DNA from: a virus
Lineage: Duplodnaviria > Caudoviricetes
Length of the DNA stretch: 26,831 nucleotides
Direction: 5' to 3' (one strand)
Virus record (IMG/VR): IMGVR_UViG_3300048578_000127
Location: 1 to 26,831 of that record
The notes beneath the pieces are model-generated. The model saw nothing but the letters and a program-made list of their open reading frames with translations, was not told the DNA's origin and did no database searches. Made by a program: the position numbers and the translations under genes. Shown piece after piece: positions 23,503 to 26,831 of the stretch. Numbering within the stretch: the first letter of the stretch is position 1; each line of letters opens with the position of its first letter.

Positions 23503-24342
23503 ATGCGACTTTCACCGGTGGGGCTCGACTTCATCAAGCGGTTCGAGACCTTTGTGCCGTGGGTGTACGACGACAAAGTGCCGGCGCAGCGCCGCGGCAA
23601 TAGCCTGATCTATCGCGAGTGGCGGCCGGGCGATCCGATCATCGGCACGCTCACCATCGGCTACGGGCACACCGACGCGGCCAAGTTTGATCTCGGGTTC
23701 AAGCTGCGCGACGTTCCGCCGGGCTTCCGGCTGACCGAGAGCGAGGCCGCCGGAATTCTCGACGTCGACCTCGACGCATGCGAGCAGGACGTCGGCCGCG
23801 CCGTCAAAGTGGCCCTCACGCAGGGGCAGTTCGACGCGCTCGTCTCGTTCTGCTTCAACTGCGGGCCGGGGAACCTCCGCAACTTGACCGCGCGCCTCAA
23901 CCGGGGCGACTACGACGCCTGCCGCAAGGCGTTCGACCTCTACGTCTACTCCGGCGGGGAGCGCATGCGCGGCCTGCAGCGCCGCCGCGACGGCGAGCAG
24001 GAGCTGTGGGATTCGCGGACGCCCACGGCGCCGGAGGAGCCTGTCGATCATCCCGAGGCGGTGGACGCCGTCAAAGCGCCACCGGCCAGCATGGCGCAGT
24101 CGAGCGAGGGCAATGCCGCGGTGGCGACCGGTGCCGCCGGCGGCACGACGACGGCTGTGCTCGTCTCGACGGCCGTCAAGAACGCGGCTGGCGCGAAGGC
24201 GATCACGTGGACGGGTTTCCTGGTCGCGCTCGCCGAGCAGCCCGAGTTCTGGATGGCGCTCGGCACGGCCGTGCTGCTCGTCGGCGGCCCCGCCTACATC
24301 TGGCTGCGCCGCGCGGGCGAACTCAAGCTGGGGGTGCGCTGA
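23503..24342 (+). CDS. Endolysin, GH24 (phage lysozyme) with C-terminal hydrophobic segments
   Basis: IKRFE...YDD, TIGYGHT, LTQGQFDALVSFCFNCG, GLQRRRDGE; TM-like C-terminus. Confidence 0.92.
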   Translation: MRLSPVGLDFIKRFETFVPWVYDDKVPAQRRGNSLIYREWRPGDPIIGTLTIGYGHTDAAKFDLGFKLRDVPPGFRLTESEAAGILDVDLDACEQDVGRAVKVALTQGQFDALVSFCFNCGPGNLRNLTARLNRGDYDACRKAFDLYVYSGGERMRGLQRRRDGEQELWDSRTPTAPEEPVDHPEAVDAVKAPPASMAQSSEGNAAVATGAAGGTTTAVLVSTAVKNAAGAKAITWTGFLVALAEQPEFWMALGTAVLLVGGPAYIWLRRAGELKLGVR

Positions 24343-24755
24343 TGCTCGGCATTCCGATCCTCTCCGCCGCCTGGTGGGCGGCAAAGGCGCTGGGGCTCAA
24401 GGCGGCCGTGGGGCGCTTCGTCAACGGCTCGGGACTCGCCGCTCTCGCCATCGGCCTCGGCGCGGCGCTCGTGCTGATCGGCGCCGTCTGGCTCGTGCAC
24501 GAGATCCGTTCGGGCGAGGCCGCGCAGTGGCAGGCCGTCATCTCGCAGTCGAAACTGCTCGGCCAGGTGCGCGCCCGTCTGCGTGACCGGCGCGTGGAGG
24601 AGGCGGCCGCCCGCGAGCGCGCGCTCTACGTCGACCAGATCGAAACCATGGCGGAGCACGCGGCCGCGCTCGAGCGCGAGCTCGCCGCGCTCAAGGCCGC
24701 TGAGGGCAACCCCGTGATCTATCCGCAATCGCTGGCAAGGGAGCTTCGCAAATGA
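24342..24755 (+). CDS. Probable inner-membrane spanin (Rz-like)
   Basis: TM segment followed by a coiled coil; between the endolysin and a lipoprotein; TGATG coupling. Confidence 0.7.
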   Translation: MLGIPILSAAWWAAKALGLKAAVGRFVNGSGLAALAIGLGAALVLIGAVWLVHEIRSGEAAQWQAVISQSKLLGQVRARLRDRRVEEAAARERALYVDQIETMAEHAAALERELAALKAAEGNPVIYPQSLARELRK

Positions 24756-25114
24756 GAGAGGCAACAGGCAGCAGGCAGCGGGCAGCGGCCCTCCGCGCCG
24801 CCGCGCTGGTGGTGATGCTGGGCACGGCGGCGCTGCTCTCCGGGTGCTCCGGCAAGGACGTGCCGGACGGCTGGATCGCGCTCACCGAGATGGAGGCGCA
24901 GCCGCCGGCCATCCCCGACGAATGCCTGACCGACAAGGATCCGCGCTGGGTGGACCTGCCGGACCGCGACGTGTTGCAGGACGAGGGCGCCCGCAACGTG
25001 CGGGACAACAAGGATCGTTTCCGCCGCCTCGCCGGCAAGCGCCGCGTGTGCGCGGCGGGCCTCGCCGAGCTCCGCAGCGTGCCCGCGCCGCCCGCCGCAC
25101 CTGCGACACGGTGA
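24752..25114 (+). CDS. Probable outer-membrane spanin lipoprotein (Rz1-like)
   Basis: LLSGC lipobox, PPAIPDECL Pro-rich motif, second Cys; ATGA coupling. Confidence 0.72.
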   Translation: MREATGSRQRAAALRAAALVVMLGTAALLSGCSGKDVPDGWIALTEMEAQPPAIPDECLTDKDPRWVDLPDRDVLQDEGARNVRDNKDRFRRLAGKRRVCAAGLAELRSVPAPPAAPATR

Positions 25115-25137
25115 GGGCGCCATGGGGGATATCAGCA

Positions 25138-25647
25138 ATGCACGACCGCAGCCCCAATGGGCATCCAAGCTGGGCGCCGCCCTCGCCGTGGGACATGCTG
25201 CTGGGGCGGCTGGACCGCATCGATCAGCACATGATGGGCGTGTCGAGCCGTCTCGGCGGGCTGGAGCAGGGCCAGGAGATCAGCCTCGACAACGACCGGG
25301 AGATTTTCGGGGCGATGCGGACGCTCAGCGACCGCGTCATGACGCTCGAGGTGGCGCGGACGCAGCCGGCGGCGACGCCTGGGCCCCTCACGGCTCCCGC
25401 TTTCCCGCCGGCACCCCTTACCCCGCCGCCTTCCGCAGCCCCTATCCCGCCGCCTACGGCAGCAGTGGGTTTGCTCTCGTCCATCACGGACCTGATCCGG
25501 GCGTTGACGGAGGTGCTGCCGCGGGCCCGCGAGGTGGTGGTGGCGCTGCTGTTGCTGGCGGCGGCGCTGGGGATCGCGGAAACGAAGACCGCGCCGGGCA
25601 GCGCACCCGCCGCCGGGCCGAGCAGCGAGAGCTCGTCCGCGCCGTGA
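25138..25647 (+). CDS. Lysis-region membrane protein (coiled coil, Pro-rich linker, TM); holin candidate
   Basis: LLGRLDRIDQHMMGVSSRLGGLE...LSDRVMTLE coiled coil; VVVALLLLAAALGI; position. Confidence 0.55.
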   Translation: MHDRSPNGHPSWAPPSPWDMLLGRLDRIDQHMMGVSSRLGGLEQGQEISLDNDREIFGAMRTLSDRVMTLEVARTQPAATPGPLTAPAFPPAPLTPPPSAAPIPPPTAAVGLLSSITDLIRALTEVLPRAREVVVALLLLAAALGIAETKTAPGSAPAAGPSSESSSAP

Positions 25648-25716
25648 TGTGGAGCGGCGTCGGTCTCGTGCTCGGCTCGAGCATCGTCAAATGGCTGCTG
25701 GCGTGAGGCGGCTGCA

Positions 25717-26034
25717 ATGGTCGAAATCAAGACCCTGCCGGTCCGCGCACAACACATCGCTGACGATGCCTCGTTCGAGACCGAGTATGGGATGGGGCTG
25801 GTCGCGGGCTCATTCCGGATCGAGGGCGACTATTTTTGGTACTGCTGCCCGTGCGGGTGCCGCCAGATCGGTGCGTTGCGCGTCGGCGTGGGCCACAAGC
25901 CGCCGCACAGCGCAGAGGATCGCGCCACGTGGGAGTGGAACGGGTCGCTCGACGCGCCCACGCTCGCGCCGTCGGTGCACCACGTCGGCCACTGGCACGG
26001 CTGGCTGCAGAATGGGGTATGGACCTCATGCTAA
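25717..26034 (+). CDS. DUF6527-like Cys/His metal-binding protein
   Basis: CPCGC...WEWNG...PTLAPSV...HWHGWLQNG; GAGG SD. Confidence 0.75.
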   Translation: MVEIKTLPVRAQHIADDASFETEYGMGLVAGSFRIEGDYFWYCCPCGCRQIGALRVGVGHKPPHSAEDRATWEWNGSLDAPTLAPSVHHVGHWHGWLQNGVWTSC

Positions 26035-26121
26035 CGGCTGCTCCTGAGACCTGATCATCCCATCGCCGCGCGCCTTCACGCGCGGTGGTCTCGGCCGCCA
26101 CCCTGCATGGCAACCGAGCAC

Positions 26122-26174
26122 GCCCCTGCCGTCGGCTCTCCCACCCCCGGAGCCGGCGGCGGGGGCTTTTTTTT
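26122..26174 (+). terminator. Strong intrinsic terminator ending the late operon
   Basis: 17-bp stem GCCCCTGCCGTCGGCTC / GAGCCGGCGGCGGGGGC (two G-U pairs) followed by T8; lies between convergent genes. Confidence 0.85.
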
Positions 26175-26177
26175 GCG

Positions 26178-26582
26178 TTACGGGCACCAGTCGCTGTGGG
26201 GGCCGTGCCCGTCGTAGGCGTGGCCCCAGCCCTCGCGGATGGCGATGGCGGCAACGTCCTCGCCGGAGAACGTCAGGCGGCCCAAGGGGCGGCGGTATTT
26301 GTCGGGGTCACCAAGATAGGCAAGGCGGGGCGTTCGCGTCTCCACGAGGCTCCGGAGGCGTTCCGCGGCCCACTGGCCGAGGGCGCGCTCCTCCGGGCAG
26401 TGCGCCTGACGGATCTCGGGCGCGTCGAAGCCCGCCAGCCGCCAGCGCCAATAGCCGTAGTCGATCGTGTCGCCGTCGACCACCCGCAGCGGCTGCCACA
26501 GCGCGACAGCGGCCGGCAGCGCGATCGCGACGAGCATCGCGAGCGTGGTCGACGGACGAGGGGTGCGGGGTGAGGGCGGCAT
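26178..26582 (-). CDS. Thermonuclease (SNase) family protein with an N-terminal hydrophobic/signal segment
   Basis: VVDGDTI, RLAGFDAPE, DKYRR, IREGWG; start uncertain. Confidence 0.88.
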   Translation of the reverse strand: MPPSPRTPRPSTTLAMLVAIALPAAVALWQPLRVVDGDTIDYGYWRWRLAGFDAPEIRQAHCPEERALGQWAAERLRSLVETRTPRLAYLGDPDKYRRPLGRLTFSGEDVAAIAIREGWGHAYDGHGPHSDWCP

Positions 26583-26636
26583 GGCCGGAGAACGGAGGCG
26601 AGGGCGCCGATCCGGCGGAGGGAACACAGCGGGCAC

Positions 26637-26704
26637 GAGTCGAAATGGAGGGCGTTTTCGGGAGTCGAAACGGGTCTGGTCAGACTCCACCTAACCCATT
26701 GAAA
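26637..26704. promoter_or_regulatory. Putative att-arm region: GAGTCGAAA direct repeats and an IHF-like site
   Basis: GAGTCGAAA at 26637-26645 and 26662-26670; 26692-26704 reads TTTCAATGGGTTA on the minus strand (one mismatch to WATCAANNNNTTR); abuts the tRNA 3' end. Confidence 0.55.
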
Positions 26705-26710
26705 GGACAC

Positions 26711-26787
26711 TGGTCGGAGCGGGGAGATTCGAACTCCCGACCCCTTGCTCCCGAAGCAAGTGCGCTACCAGGCTGCGCTACGCTCCG
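26711..26787 (-). tRNA. tRNA-Pro (anticodon CGG), full length with encoded CCA
   Basis: Minus strand CGGAGCGTAGCGCAGCCTGGTAGCGCACTTGCTTCGGGAGCAAGGGGTCGGGAGTTCGAATCTCCCCGCTCCGACCA folds into a cloverleaf. Confidence 0.97.
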
Positions 26788-26831
26788 CCCGACCGTGTGT
26801 CCTAGACCGATGCGCGCCAACCCTGGGGGTT

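Larger units (their letters stand above)
1..26710 (+). mobile_element. HK97-like siphoviral prophage (late region and right end), probably integrated at tRNA-Pro
   Basis: Complete ordered morphogenesis and lysis gene set with no obvious disruption, ending at a tRNA 3' end; integrase and second att site not in the window. Confidence 0.93.

Noticed and set aside
26085-26573. 162-aa + strand ORF after the late operon
   Set aside because: It spans the strong terminator and is antisense to the thermonuclease gene.

Overview
This window is the late (morphogenesis and lysis) arm and right end of an apparently intact HK97-type siphoviral prophage in a GC-rich, probably alphaproteobacterial host. It starts with a small divergent regulatory and membrane-protein cassette (1-1515). 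The late genes follow on the + strand: HNH nuclease, probable cos region, terS, terL, portal, prohead protease, major capsid, neck genes, tail tube, tail assembly chaperone with a -1 frameshift, tape measure, tail tip, beta-helix tailspike, endolysin and spanins. A convergent thermonuclease gene and a full tRNA-Pro(CGG), the likely integration site, close the window. The most unusual element lies between portal and protease: a 513-aa protein made of five unrelated, highly acidic ~75-110-aa modules, each preceded by the basic motif L[SA]RR[YF]xR[KR]. A related ARRGR motif recurs in the protease C-terminus and in the leader of a second extra head-region protein. The capsid delta domain is strongly Arg-rich, and an Acb2/Tad1-like small gene sits nearby. 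I infer a capsid-packaged, protease-processed polyprotein cargo system, possibly anti-defence. All family assignments come from motif recognition and synteny, not database searches.
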